Positions 48,511-57,924 of a stretch of DNA of 64,000 nucleotides are shown here, in pieces; the stretch's first letter is position 1, and every line of letters starts with the position of its first letter. A program made the position numbers and the translations under genes. Source of the stretch: a bacterium (GTDB lineage Bacteria; Patescibacteriota; Minisyncoccia; Phycocordibacterales; UBA9973); the NCBI GenBank assembly GCA_027484965.1, contig JAIXRY010000008.1, positions 1,069 through 65,068 of the forward strand. Reading direction: 5' to 3'. The notes beneath the pieces are model-generated. The model saw only the letters and a program-made list of their open reading frames with translations. It made no database searches and was not told where the DNA came from.

Positions 48511-48927
48511 TTATTTTCCTTGGTTGTTCATATCAAGCACATCAAGACTCCATGCCAAATCTTTTAATTTACTACCTGACAGCTTTGGTTGAGAAGAAAC
48601 AATATTTGTATTTTTGACTTCAACAGTCTTAACCTCTTTTACTTCTTTCTTGGTTTTTTGCCAGATATAAAGCTTACTTTGAAATAAATAACTTATATAA
48701 GCTCTGAGTATATATTCAAAAGGTTTTTCATTTACTTTATAAAATACAAGAAGGAGTGAGAGTATAACTATAAAAATAGCAAAAGGAACCCCAATAATAA
48801 TAGGGAGCAGTCTTAGAGAGACGTAAGTCATCCCAGCGCCACCCACAAGATAGACAAATTCTTTAAACGTAAAAGGACCAAATATTTTGTCTTCTATATC
48901 AATAAATTGAGGTACTTTGAATTGCAT
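48511..48927 (-). CDS. PrgI/VirB3-like small two-helix membrane protein
   Basis: N-terminus MQFKVPQFIDIEDKIFGPFTFKEFVYLVGGAGMTYV resembles the PrgI-family pattern (VP.d...edKi.G.lt.rQ..yl..g), followed by two hydrophobic helices. Confidence 0.45.
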   Translation of the reverse strand: MQFKVPQFIDIEDKIFGPFTFKEFVYLVGGAGMTYVSLRLLPIIIGVPFAIFIVILSLLLVFYKVNEKPFEYILRAYISYLFQSKLYIWQKTKKEVKEVKTVEVKNTNIVSSQPKLSGSKLKDLAWSLDVLDMNNQGK

Positions 48928-49092
48928 ATAATATAGTATATAGCGAATAACCGACAGTGGAAAGGGAATATTATATTTAGTCGCACTTGCTCACATTTTA
49001 AAAGACACAATACAATATAATTCTGATAAATTAAACATTAAGGCGCGACAAGATTTCGAAAAACCGTATATTCACTAGTTAGTAACAACTAG

Positions 49093-49740
49093 TTGCTATA
49101 TAATGTATTTATGGCACCAAGTGCAAAACCTACACAATCGTTTGTTCCTGTCGAAGAAGTTCGTGATGGAATCATGATACTTCGCTCTGGAGAAATAAGA
49201 GCGATTGTTATGGCTTCTTCAATAAACCTTTCTCTAAAATCAGCAGATGAGCAACAGGCAACAATAATGGAATTCCAATCATTCTTAAACTCTCTCGATT
49301 TTACAACTCAAATCGTAGTTCAGTCACGCAGGCTTGATATTAGGCCTTATCTTTTACAATTAGAAAAAAGATACGAAGCACAGACAGAGCAACTCTTAAA
49401 AATTCAAACGAAAGAATACATAGAATTTATAAGAAAATTTACAGAAGATAGATCTATAATGACAAAGACATTCTTCGTTGTTGTTCCTTATAGTCCAGCA
49501 CCAATAGATGGTGTTTCTGGTGGAATGTTTTCTTTTTTTGGAGGAAGCAAAAAAACAAAAGAAAGCGATCTTCTAGCTTTTGAAGAAAAGAGAACGCAAC
49601 TTGAGCAAAGAATTTCTACAATTACTCAAGGGCTTTCTCGTTTTGGTGTACGTACAGTTGTTCTTGGAACAGAAGAGGTGATCGAGGTTCTTTATAAAGT
49701 CTTTAATCCTGGTGAAACACACCAATCAATAGAAGTATAA
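49093..49740 (+). CDS. VirB4/TrbE-like ATPase, N-terminal segment (separate reading frame from the following ORF)
   Basis: IMILRSGEIRAIVMASSINLSLKSADEQQATIMEFQSFLNSL resembles Gram-positive VirB4 N-terminal domains. Ends at TAA 49738-49740, one nucleotide before the next ATG. Confidence 0.5.
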   Translation: MLYNVFMAPSAKPTQSFVPVEEVRDGIMILRSGEIRAIVMASSINLSLKSADEQQATIMEFQSFLNSLDFTTQIVVQSRRLDIRPYLLQLEKRYEAQTEQLLKIQTKEYIEFIRKFTEDRSIMTKTFFVVVPYSPAPIDGVSGGMFSFFGGSKKTKESDLLAFEEKRTQLEQRISTITQGLSRFGVRTVVLGTEEVIEVLYKVFNPGETHQSIEV

Positions 49741-49741
49741 T

Positions 49742-51751
49742 ATGGGATTATTCGATTTTTTAACAAAAAGCAATAATGGAAACCAAAAAGCAACAGTATT
49801 GCCTGTTTTACCTACGGACATATACGAGCAAGCTTCTCTTGAATTCCAAGATATAGTTGCACCTTCAGCTCTTGAAGTTACACCAAAATCAATCCACTTA
49901 GGTGATAAGATAGCGCGAACATTCTTTGTTATTTCATATCCAAGATATTTAAACGATAATTGGTTTTCTCCAATCATAAACTTGGACAAAATTTTTGATA
50001 TTTCAATTTTTATACACCCAATTGATACTTCAGAAATATTAAAAAAATTCCAAAAGAAAGTAGCTGAGGTTCAAAGTCAGATATCTACACGCGAAGAAAA
50101 AGGACTTGTTCGTGATCCGATGCTCGATACTGCATATAGAGACCTAGAAGGACTTCGTGACGACCTAATGCAAGCACAGCAAAAGATGTTTGAAGTTGGT
50201 ATTTATATCACAATCTACGCAGACAACGAAAACGAGCTCTTCAAAGTAGAGAATGAAATAAAATCAATATTGGAAGCAAGAATGGTATACATGAAACCAG
50301 CTTTGTTCCAACAAGAAGATGCTTTCAAAAGTGTTTCTCCAATAGGGACAGATATCATAGAAGTTCACCAAAAACTAAATTCAGAACCACTGTCTTCAAT
50401 TTTTCCTTTCGTTTCTTTTGACCTAACGTCAGAAAAGGGGATACTGTACGGAGTAAATCGCCACAACGCATCACTTGTTATCTTTGACCGCTTCTCTCTA
50501 GAAAACTACAATTCAGTAACAATTGCTACATCTGGAGCAGGTAAGTCATTCACCACAAAACTTGAAATTCTTCGAACATTAATGTTCGACACAGAAGTGA
50601 TTGTTATTGACCCTGAGCGTGAGTATGAATACCTTGCAGAAGCTGTAGGTGGAAGATATTTCAATATTTCACTATCATCTGATCACCACATCAATCCATT
50701 TGATTTGCCTATACCAAGAGAAGATGAAACAACAGCAGATGTGCTTCGTTCAAATGTTATCTCACTTGTTGGTCTATTTCGTCTAATGCTTGGGGGACTT
50801 ACCCCAGAAGAAGATTCTATTGTTGACCGTGCAATCACTGAAACGTATGCATTGAAAGATATTACAATTGATAGTGATCTTTCGAAAGTAGAACCACCAC
50901 TATTGTCTGACTTTGAAATGGTTCTATCGGGAATGGAAGGTTCAGAATCAGTGCTTCAAAGAATTAAAAAATATACTCGTGGATCATGGAGCACCTTTAT
51001 CAATCAGCCATCAAACGTTGATATTAACAAGAAGCTGGTTGTGTTCTCTATTCGCGACATGGAAGATGAGCTCAAGCCTGTAGCAATGTATATTGTTACT
51101 CACTTTATATGGAATGCTATTCGTCGTGAACTTAGAAAAAGACTGCTCGTAGTAGATGAGGCGTGGATTATGATGAAATCAGAAGACACAGCTTCGTTCT
51201 TATACAGTATTGCAAAACGCGGAAGAAAATATTATCTAGGACTATCTACTATTACACAAAACGTTGATGACTTTATGAAGAGTCAATATGGAGTCGCTAT
51301 TATTACCAATGCATCAATCCAACTTCTTCTAAAACAATCTTCAAGTTCTATAGAACTTGTTCAAAAAACTTTTCACCTCACAGAAGAAGAGAAGTACCTA
51401 CTTCTAGAATCTGGAGTAGGGGAAGGAATATTCTTCGCAGGTCTAAAGCATGTAGCAATTAAAGTTCTTGCGTCATATACAGAAGAACAGATTATTACTT
51501 CAGACCCTTCTCAATTACTTAGAATTGCTCAATCAAAAAGAGAATTGCTTGCAGAAAAACAAGAAGATACAGAAAAAAAACAAAAAGAGATTGAACAAGC
51601 TATTATAGAAGAAAAAGTATCAGTCCCTGAAATAAAAGAAGAAATTATTATAGAGGAAACACATGAACCAATAAGTGTTATAGAATCAGAAAAATCTGTA
51701 ACAGACGAAGTAAGCGCTCTTGAAAAAGAGTTTGAAGACCTTATAAAATAA
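49742..51751 (+). CDS. VirB4/TrbE/CagE-like T4SS ATPase, C-terminal segment
   Basis: DKIARTFFVISYPRYL conserved block; Walker A IATSGAGKSFTT; Walker B LLVVDEAW; acidic C-terminal tail. Confidence 0.8.
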   Translation: MGLFDFLTKSNNGNQKATVLPVLPTDIYEQASLEFQDIVAPSALEVTPKSIHLGDKIARTFFVISYPRYLNDNWFSPIINLDKIFDISIFIHPIDTSEILKKFQKKVAEVQSQISTREEKGLVRDPMLDTAYRDLEGLRDDLMQAQQKMFEVGIYITIYADNENELFKVENEIKSILEARMVYMKPALFQQEDAFKSVSPIGTDIIEVHQKLNSEPLSSIFPFVSFDLTSEKGILYGVNRHNASLVIFDRFSLENYNSVTIATSGAGKSFTTKLEILRTLMFDTEVIVIDPEREYEYLAEAVGGRYFNISLSSDHHINPFDLPIPREDETTADVLRSNVISLVGLFRLMLGGLTPEEDSIVDRAITETYALKDITIDSDLSKVEPPLLSDFEMVLSGMEGSESVLQRIKKYTRGSWSTFINQPSNVDINKKLVVFSIRDMEDELKPVAMYIVTHFIWNAIRRELRKRLLVVDEAWIMMKSEDTASFLYSIAKRGRKYYLGLSTITQNVDDFMKSQYGVAIITNASIQLLLKQSSSSIELVQKTFHLTEEEKYLLLESGVGEGIFFAGLKHVAIKVLASYTEEQIITSDPSQLLRIAQSKRELLAEKQEDTEKKQKEIEQAIIEEKVSVPEIKEEIIIEETHEPISVIESEKSVTDEVSALEKEFEDLIK

Positions 51752-51766
51752 GATATACTAAAAAAT

Positions 51767-52174
51767 ATGGCAGACACACCAACACCTCAAAATGACAGCG
51801 ATGTTAATGTATCAGCTCTAGAAGAAGAACTCAATAAAACAATTAGTTCAGATTCTGAAGCTTTTTCAACACCTCAAAAATCTCAAGAAGAACCTAAAAC
51901 CTTAAAAGATAAGGTTGTAAAACTTCAAAATATGGAGAATGTTATAGAAACAAGATCTCACCAACTTGAATCTGAAATAAAAACAAAACTAACAACTTTA
52001 AAAAGTTTAAAACAATCAATAGAACTTGGACTTCAAAAGATTAAAAATTTCGGAAGTGAAAAAACAAAAATACAACAAGAAATACAAAAAATACAAAAAT
52101 TAGAAAGCGATCAACTCGAAATAGAAACAGAAATAAAGAGTATTGAGGATCACACAAAAGAAATGGGAATATAA
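51767..52174 (+). CDS. Coiled-coil orphan protein (135 aa)
   Basis: Heptad-rich Q/E/K sequence. Confidence 0.35.
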   Translation: MADTPTPQNDSDVNVSALEEELNKTISSDSEAFSTPQKSQEEPKTLKDKVVKLQNMENVIETRSHQLESEIKTKLTTLKSLKQSIELGLQKIKNFGSEKTKIQQEIQKIQKLESDQLEIETEIKSIEDHTKEMGI

Positions 52175-52176
52175 AT

Positions 52177-52238
52177 AAAGCACAGATTAAAAGCAGAACT
52201 CTTCGGGTTCTGCTTTTAATCTGTGCTTTATGCTTTTT
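52177..52238 (+). terminator. Long palindromic intrinsic terminator
   Basis: aaagcacagattaaaagcagaactcttcgggttctgcttttaatctgtgcttt. Confidence 0.7.
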
Positions 52239-52275
52239 ACTTGTTGCTTAATGTTATTCACTATATAATATATAT

Positions 52276-53265
52276 ATGAAACATATTTCTCAATGTTTTT
52301 TCTCTATTTGTTGCTTATTTTTTATAATCGCTTTTTCATTTTTAATCCCAACAAAAACTTTTGCACAATCAGAAGAAGCTATTAGTGTCAAAGTAAGTCC
52401 AGAGAATCCGAGAGAAAATCAAACAGTTACAATATCAACATCAAGCGTTAGTGCCGATCTTGATAGTTCTGATTTTGTATGGAAAATAAATAACGTAACT
52501 CAAAAAAGTGGTAAAGGAATAAAAAGTTTTTCTTTTAAGACTGGAAACATAGGAAGTACAACAGTTATTGGTCTAAGCATAACGTCTTTAGGGTCTCAGA
52601 ATACATTTCAAAGATACATTACCATCAAAGTAAGTAGTGTTGATTTATTGTTTGAGGCAGTAGACAATTACGTGCCTCCTTTTTATAGAGGAAAGAAAAT
52701 GCCAGCACCAGAATCTCTTGTAAGAGTAACCGCAATTCCAAACGCTCAAGGTCTTGGAAAAACTATCAATGGAAAAGATTTTATATATACATGGAAAAGA
52801 AATGGTCAGGTAATACCAGCCGTCTCTGGTTTTGGAAAACAAACATATTCTTTTAATATGGATTACTTGAATAATGAAGAGGTTATTGAAGTAAACGCAA
52901 GAAGTTCTAATGGAACATATAGTAGTACAGGATCCACAACAATAAAAAATGTAAAACCTGTATTGAATTTTTATCAAAAAATTCAAGGTCAAATTGATAT
53001 CAATAAGATTATAAAAAGCGGAGACACTATAAAAAACCCATCAACAATATCTGCTGTACCTTATTTCATTACAACAAAGACAAAAACAGACAAAAACTTA
53101 AGCTACACATGGAAAATAAACGGTGATGAAATTGCAAGTGATAACAACAAAAATGAAGTAACTATCGGAGCAAAAAAAGGAGGTGGGTCTTCGATTGAAT
53201 TATCTATTGAACACGCAACAAAGTTTTTTCAAGACATTACTAAGAGTTTAAAAATTACTATTTAG
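52276..53265 (+). CDS. Secreted protein with three Ig-like beta repeats (YTWKING-type)
   Basis: Signal peptide; repeats FVWKINNVTQKSGKG..., FIYTWKRNGQVIP..., LSYTWKINGDEIA... Confidence 0.4.
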   Translation: MKHISQCFFSICCLFFIIAFSFLIPTKTFAQSEEAISVKVSPENPRENQTVTISTSSVSADLDSSDFVWKINNVTQKSGKGIKSFSFKTGNIGSTTVIGLSITSLGSQNTFQRYITIKVSSVDLLFEAVDNYVPPFYRGKKMPAPESLVRVTAIPNAQGLGKTINGKDFIYTWKRNGQVIPAVSGFGKQTYSFNMDYLNNEEVIEVNARSSNGTYSSTGSTTIKNVKPVLNFYQKIQGQIDINKIIKSGDTIKNPSTISAVPYFITTKTKTDKNLSYTWKINGDEIASDNNKNEVTIGAKKGGGSSIELSIEHATKFFQDITKSLKITI

Positions 53266-53281
53266 TGATATACTATTAGTA

Positions 53282-55606
53282 ATGAAAAAATCATATATCT
53301 ATATTATTTTTTGTCTTATTCTTGTTTTTTTGCCTTTTTATAACCCACAAAAAGCATTCGCAAGAGAAGTACCTACAATAAGAATCTCGACAGACAAAAC
53401 ATACCCTGTGCGAGTTATGGACGGAACAAAGCCAACAAACGACTTTAGTGTGTATGGTTTTATAACAAAAACAGAACCAGCAGATCAAGTAGCTGTGTGG
53501 CTTACCCAAACAGGTAAAGGAACTGATTTTAAAATATGGCCACAAGTAGCAAAAATAAACAAAGACACTTCTGGTAAAGCATATTCTTTCAATGTAACAT
53601 TTAAAGATCTTGAGACTGGTAGGTATGCAGTGCACAGTACTATCGATTATGTAGAACCGGAATACAAAAACCAGAGCGGGGCAACTGTGGCAGCAAAAAA
53701 TAAAAAAACTCTTGAAGTTCTTAATACTAAAAATCCTACAAATTACACGACAAAAGTTTTTGACGTTACCGCTGTTCCAATAATTAGAGGCGGGGAAATA
53801 AAAGTAAAACACCTAGGCAATGACAATTTTAGAGTTACTACAACCATAGACACTTATGATTCAACTAAAAACTATAGTATTTATCTAAAAGAAAAAGAAA
53901 AGGGTACTGAAATAAAAAATACTTCTATTGCACGTGAAAACAGCGATAAAACTACAAGTCAAAATTTATTTGCTGAATTTTATAATATTTCAGGGAGTTT
54001 TACTGCTCATGTTGTTTACAAAGAAGGTTTAGAAACTATTGGTATGGCTCAATTCAGCTTCTCAACAGGGGAGGTGATAGACAAAGGAGAGATTGTGGGG
54101 AATAAAAAAACAATAGACAATGGAAACGTTATAGACCCAAAAATAAATGATGTTACCGTTGATGTTTCAGAAAATGGTAATACTTTTGTATTAGGTATAA
54201 CAGGTGCTGATATTCCAGAAAATTCACTGTATGAAGTAGTTATTCTTGATAAGTCAGCAAAAAATACAAGCAATCCTACATACATCGCTCCAAGTACTGG
54301 AGGTATAAAAGCAACAAACGTCGGAGGTTTTTTGGATATGAAAGTTACTTATACTTTTAATCAAATACCAAAATCTGGCTCTTACTATGTTATTACAAAG
54401 ATAAAGAAACCGGACACAGCAAAAACAGAACTAGCCAGAAGAGATTCAGAGATTATTTTAAATAAAGAAGATAAAACAGCCAATGTTCAAAGCGCTAATA
54501 TATATGAAGTACCAAACACAACCATCCCAAGTACAGGAGAATACAAACTTCTAGTCCCTCTTCCTGGAATAGGAGATACATTCGATTATTCAGCCCCAGG
54601 AGCATTCCAAAACTTAATAAACACTATAATTAAACTAATTTTTGGAGCTATTACTGTATGGGCTGTTCTCACCACCATTCGCTGGGGTATCGTATATATG
54701 GTATCGGACAAAGAATTTACAAAAAGTGAATCTAAAACAAAAATACTCAACGCTATTATTGCTATAGTATTAGCACTTTCTTCTTATTTAATTTTAAATA
54801 CCGTTAATCCAGATTTGGTTAATATATCTATAAATGGACAACAAGCAAATATAAGCGTAAGAGAAATAGAATTTATTAGTCAAAAAAAATTTGAAGAGAG
54901 TACCGGTGAAAAACGATTATCAAAAGAACGATATCAAGCTGAAGCTAAAAAAGTTACGGCTCAGATGGGTATACCTTATTGTGCTCTTCAAGTAATATTA
55001 GAGAGAGAATCTAAAGGTGATCCAGGAGCTATAGGGTTTGACGAAAACACAACCAGAAATGGTTCGAGTATTCCTTCACGTGTGTCTTTTATTAATTCTG
55101 GTAAAAGATACAATGGGTCGTCATTTACACCAAGTAACACTCTAATAACAGATAAAAGTATAACAAATCAAAAAATTAGTGAAGTAAAAACCAATGTTCC
55201 AGGACTTGGTCTTGATTGGAGATTCAGTAAAGGTATAGGTCTTACTCAAATAACACTTTTTCCTGAAGGTTACTTTAGTGGGACAGTTAGTTTTAGTAAA
55301 AACCCATTAAGTTTTGACAAAAGAGATACATATCCTACAAGAACTATTCAGTACACAAAAGACGGCAAAACCATAAAAGAAACACTTACCCCTAAAGACT
55401 TATTAAAAACAGAGAAAAATCTTCTTGCAGGAGCAAGTGTCTGGAAAGATTCTTGGCTTAAATGTAACAAAGATCCTTATGGTGCATGGGTTGGGTATGG
55501 ATCCGGACCTGGAAACTGTATCCCAAAAAATAATTTTATAAGAGAAGAAGCAAAGATAAGAATGGAGTACTATAACGGCTGTATAAAACAATTTGGCTCA
55601 CAATAA
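53282..55606 (+). CDS. Secreted multidomain protein with a central membrane hairpin and a C-terminal lysozyme-like/SLT-type lytic transglycosylase domain (VirB1-like role inferred)
   Basis: Signal peptide. Hairpin KLIFGAITVWAVLTTIRWGIVYM...ILNAIIAIVLALSSYLIL. C-terminal YCALQVILERESKGDPGAIGF...GIGLTQITLFPEGYF resembles the SLT E-S and GLMQI motifs. Confidence 0.45.
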   Translation: MKKSYIYIIFCLILVFLPFYNPQKAFAREVPTIRISTDKTYPVRVMDGTKPTNDFSVYGFITKTEPADQVAVWLTQTGKGTDFKIWPQVAKINKDTSGKAYSFNVTFKDLETGRYAVHSTIDYVEPEYKNQSGATVAAKNKKTLEVLNTKNPTNYTTKVFDVTAVPIIRGGEIKVKHLGNDNFRVTTTIDTYDSTKNYSIYLKEKEKGTEIKNTSIARENSDKTTSQNLFAEFYNISGSFTAHVVYKEGLETIGMAQFSFSTGEVIDKGEIVGNKKTIDNGNVIDPKINDVTVDVSENGNTFVLGITGADIPENSLYEVVILDKSAKNTSNPTYIAPSTGGIKATNVGGFLDMKVTYTFNQIPKSGSYYVITKIKKPDTAKTELARRDSEIILNKEDKTANVQSANIYEVPNTTIPSTGEYKLLVPLPGIGDTFDYSAPGAFQNLINTIIKLIFGAITVWAVLTTIRWGIVYMVSDKEFTKSESKTKILNAIIAIVLALSSYLILNTVNPDLVNISINGQQANISVREIEFISQKKFEESTGEKRLSKERYQAEAKKVTAQMGIPYCALQVILERESKGDPGAIGFDENTTRNGSSIPSRVSFINSGKRYNGSSFTPSNTLITDKSITNQKISEVKTNVPGLGLDWRFSKGIGLTQITLFPEGYFSGTVSFSKNPLSFDKRDTYPTRTIQYTKDGKTIKETLTPKDLLKTEKNLLAGASVWKDSWLKCNKDPYGAWVGYGSGPGNCIPKNNFIREEAKIRMEYYNGCIKQFGSQ

Positions 55607-55630
55607 TATAAACATGTTATAATTTATACA

Positions 55631-56902
55631 ATGTCTAACAGAAAATTCATTATTATTTTTTCTCTTGTTGGTATATTCCTTATTGGAAGTCTTGTGTATG
55701 TTGGAATAGATCTTTTTGGCAACAAAACACAAAAAACAACAAAACAAACAACAACAGCAAAGAAAAACACTTTTAGCTTTCTTGATTTCGGCAAAAAAAC
55801 AAACACAACAGTGATTGAACAGCCAGAAGCAACTGACACCATAGAAGTAACTCAACCAGAAACAACAACAAAAAAGCTTATTCGCTTAAGTTCAAGAAGA
55901 GTTTCTTCTTACGGTTTTTTTGAAAAAGAAAGTGGTGTACCTGGAACACAGACAACAATAAGTGGTCAAAATAGTATTTTTATAAAATCAACAGGTGTAA
56001 ACTTTACAGACAAAGAAACAGGACTGATATATCAACTTATAGATGAAGCCACGGAAAATTCAAGACTATCAAACAATACAACACCGCTTTTGGGTAAGTC
56101 ATTGATAGGAAACAATGGTGATAGTGTTGTTTATCAATACACAGAAAAAGATAGTGAGACTATAGATACATATGTAGGCAAACTCGACGGAGGGATAGCG
56201 CCTTTTAATGTTAGAGGATTTTTCCTTCCTAAAAATATTATAGATGTAACCCTATCACCAAAGAAAGACCAGTTTTTCTCAATTATTCCGACACCAAATG
56301 GTGTTATAGGACTAACTCAAAACTTTGTAACAAACAGAAAGACTCAACCTTGGAGTAGTGTTTTCTCTGAGTGGGTCGCAGATTGGTCAAACGACAGAGT
56401 AATAACAATAACCACAAAAGCTTCAGGTGATAGTGATGGATATAGTTATTTTCTAAATCTTAGCGATAGTAGATTTACAAAAGTAATAGGACCAGAAAAA
56501 GGCCTCATTACAAAAACATCTCCTGATACAAAAAATATTCTTTATTCGAAAACAGAAAACGGTCAACCTAAACTATATTTATTCAACACTAGTTCAAAAA
56601 CATCAAAGTCTTTAGATTTCTCAACTCTTGCTGATAAATGTACATGGGCCGATAATTCAATAATATACTGTGCTGTACCAAATATTATAGAGAGTGGTGT
56701 ATATCCTGACACATGGTACAGAGGGGAAGTATCATTTCAAGACTCTTTCTGGAAGATAGATATAAATCAAGACTCTATCTCAAACGTGGCTACATTATCA
56801 GACATAGACAACATAGACGCTGAACAGTTATCTTACAATAATGGAGAGTTATACTTCATAAATAAAAACACAGAAAATCTTTGGAAATATATATTACAGT
56901 AA
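55631..56902 (+). CDS. Membrane-anchored secreted orphan protein (423 aa), possibly beta-propeller-like
   Basis: N-terminal helix; T/Q-rich linker; beta-rich C-region. Confidence 0.35.
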   Translation: MSNRKFIIIFSLVGIFLIGSLVYVGIDLFGNKTQKTTKQTTTAKKNTFSFLDFGKKTNTTVIEQPEATDTIEVTQPETTTKKLIRLSSRRVSSYGFFEKESGVPGTQTTISGQNSIFIKSTGVNFTDKETGLIYQLIDEATENSRLSNNTTPLLGKSLIGNNGDSVVYQYTEKDSETIDTYVGKLDGGIAPFNVRGFFLPKNIIDVTLSPKKDQFFSIIPTPNGVIGLTQNFVTNRKTQPWSSVFSEWVADWSNDRVITITTKASGDSDGYSYFLNLSDSRFTKVIGPEKGLITKTSPDTKNILYSKTENGQPKLYLFNTSSKTSKSLDFSTLADKCTWADNSIIYCAVPNIIESGVYPDTWYRGEVSFQDSFWKIDINQDSISNVATLSDIDNIDAEQLSYNNGELYFINKNTENLWKYILQ

Positions 56903-56907
56903 CAACA

Positions 56908-56950
56908 AAGTAAAAGAGCGAACACTTGAAAGTGTTCGCTCTTTTACTAC
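56908..56950. terminator. Bidirectional intrinsic terminator
   Basis: aaagagcgaacacttgaaagtgttcgctcttt. Confidence 0.75.
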
Positions 56951-57679
56951 TTAAATCTTTAAATTCTTTCTAATAACCCATTCTTGAAGCAGTGTAAGGA
57001 GGTTTGTAGTTATAAAATAAAGTCCTACAATAGATGTTCCAATGTAAGAGAAAAACATCATCATTACAGGGAGAACATACTTCATTTGTGTTTGCATTGC
57101 TTGATTTAAATCACTTTGAAAATCTCCCTTTTTAACAACAGTGCTTTGTGTAGCAGTATTAGACATAGTAAAAGATACTTGAATGTACTGAGTAATACCG
57201 ACAAGAATAGCCAAAATAATACTATTACTATTAATATCCAGTATTCCCAAAAAAATAGGATTTATTTTCTCTGGTAAACTAACGAATGAATAAAGTGTAT
57301 CTGGATTAAAACTAACACCGTCACGGAAAAGAGAGAAGAGCGCAAGAATAAGAGGTAATTGAATAAGAGCTAACAAACAACCAGAAAATGGATTAACTCC
57401 TTCTTTTTTATATAATTCAAATGTTTTTTGTGATTGAATTGTTTTATCAGAAGTACTGTCTTTTATTTCTTGTATTTTTGGTTCTAATTGTTTAAGTCTT
57501 ATTTGACTTATAATAGATTTTTTTGAAAGAGGAAGAAGAATTATCTTTACTAGGATGGTTAAAGCAATGACAGCTAATCCAAGATCTCCTCCTGGAATAA
57601 TATTAATAATAAAAGCTAAAAGATTGTGAAGTGGTGTTACAAGGGTTGTTGTCCAAATAGTATTTAACATAGAGTTCAT
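56951..57679 (-). CDS. yidC: Membrane protein insertase YidC (short form)
   Basis: LAVIALTILVKIILLPLSKKSIISQIRLKQLEPKIQEIK...GCLLALIQLPLILALF pattern. Confidence 0.85.
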   Translation of the reverse strand: MNSMLNTIWTTTLVTPLHNLLAFIINIIPGGDLGLAVIALTILVKIILLPLSKKSIISQIRLKQLEPKIQEIKDSTSDKTIQSQKTFELYKKEGVNPFSGCLLALIQLPLILALFSLFRDGVSFNPDTLYSFVSLPEKINPIFLGILDINSNSIILAILVGITQYIQVSFTMSNTATQSTVVKKGDFQSDLNQAMQTQMKYVLPVMMMFFSYIGTSIVGLYFITTNLLTLLQEWVIRKNLKI

Positions 57680-57924
57680 TTTACCTTACAAAGACAAGGA
57701 CTACAACCTTTTTGGGGAGGTAAATCTACTTGGTGGTGTGTAAAAGGATTACATCTTATAATTCTTCTTGCTGTAAGTAAAAAAGCACAAAAAAAAGAAT
57801 GTTTTATAAATAAATCTTTTCCGTATTCTGAACAAGTAGGGTGGAAGCGGCAATTTGTACTTGATCTAAAAGGTAGTTTTTGATAAATATTTATTATAAA
57901 AATAAAAACTTTATTTAGGAGCAT
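57676..57924 (-). CDS. yidD: Membrane protein insertion efficiency factor YidD
   Basis: CRFHPTCSEYGKDLFIKH...IIRCNPF signature. Confidence 0.85.
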   Translation of the reverse strand: MLLNKVFIFIINIYQKLPFRSSTNCRFHPTCSEYGKDLFIKHSFFCAFLLTARRIIRCNPFTHHQVDLPPQKGCSPCLCKVK

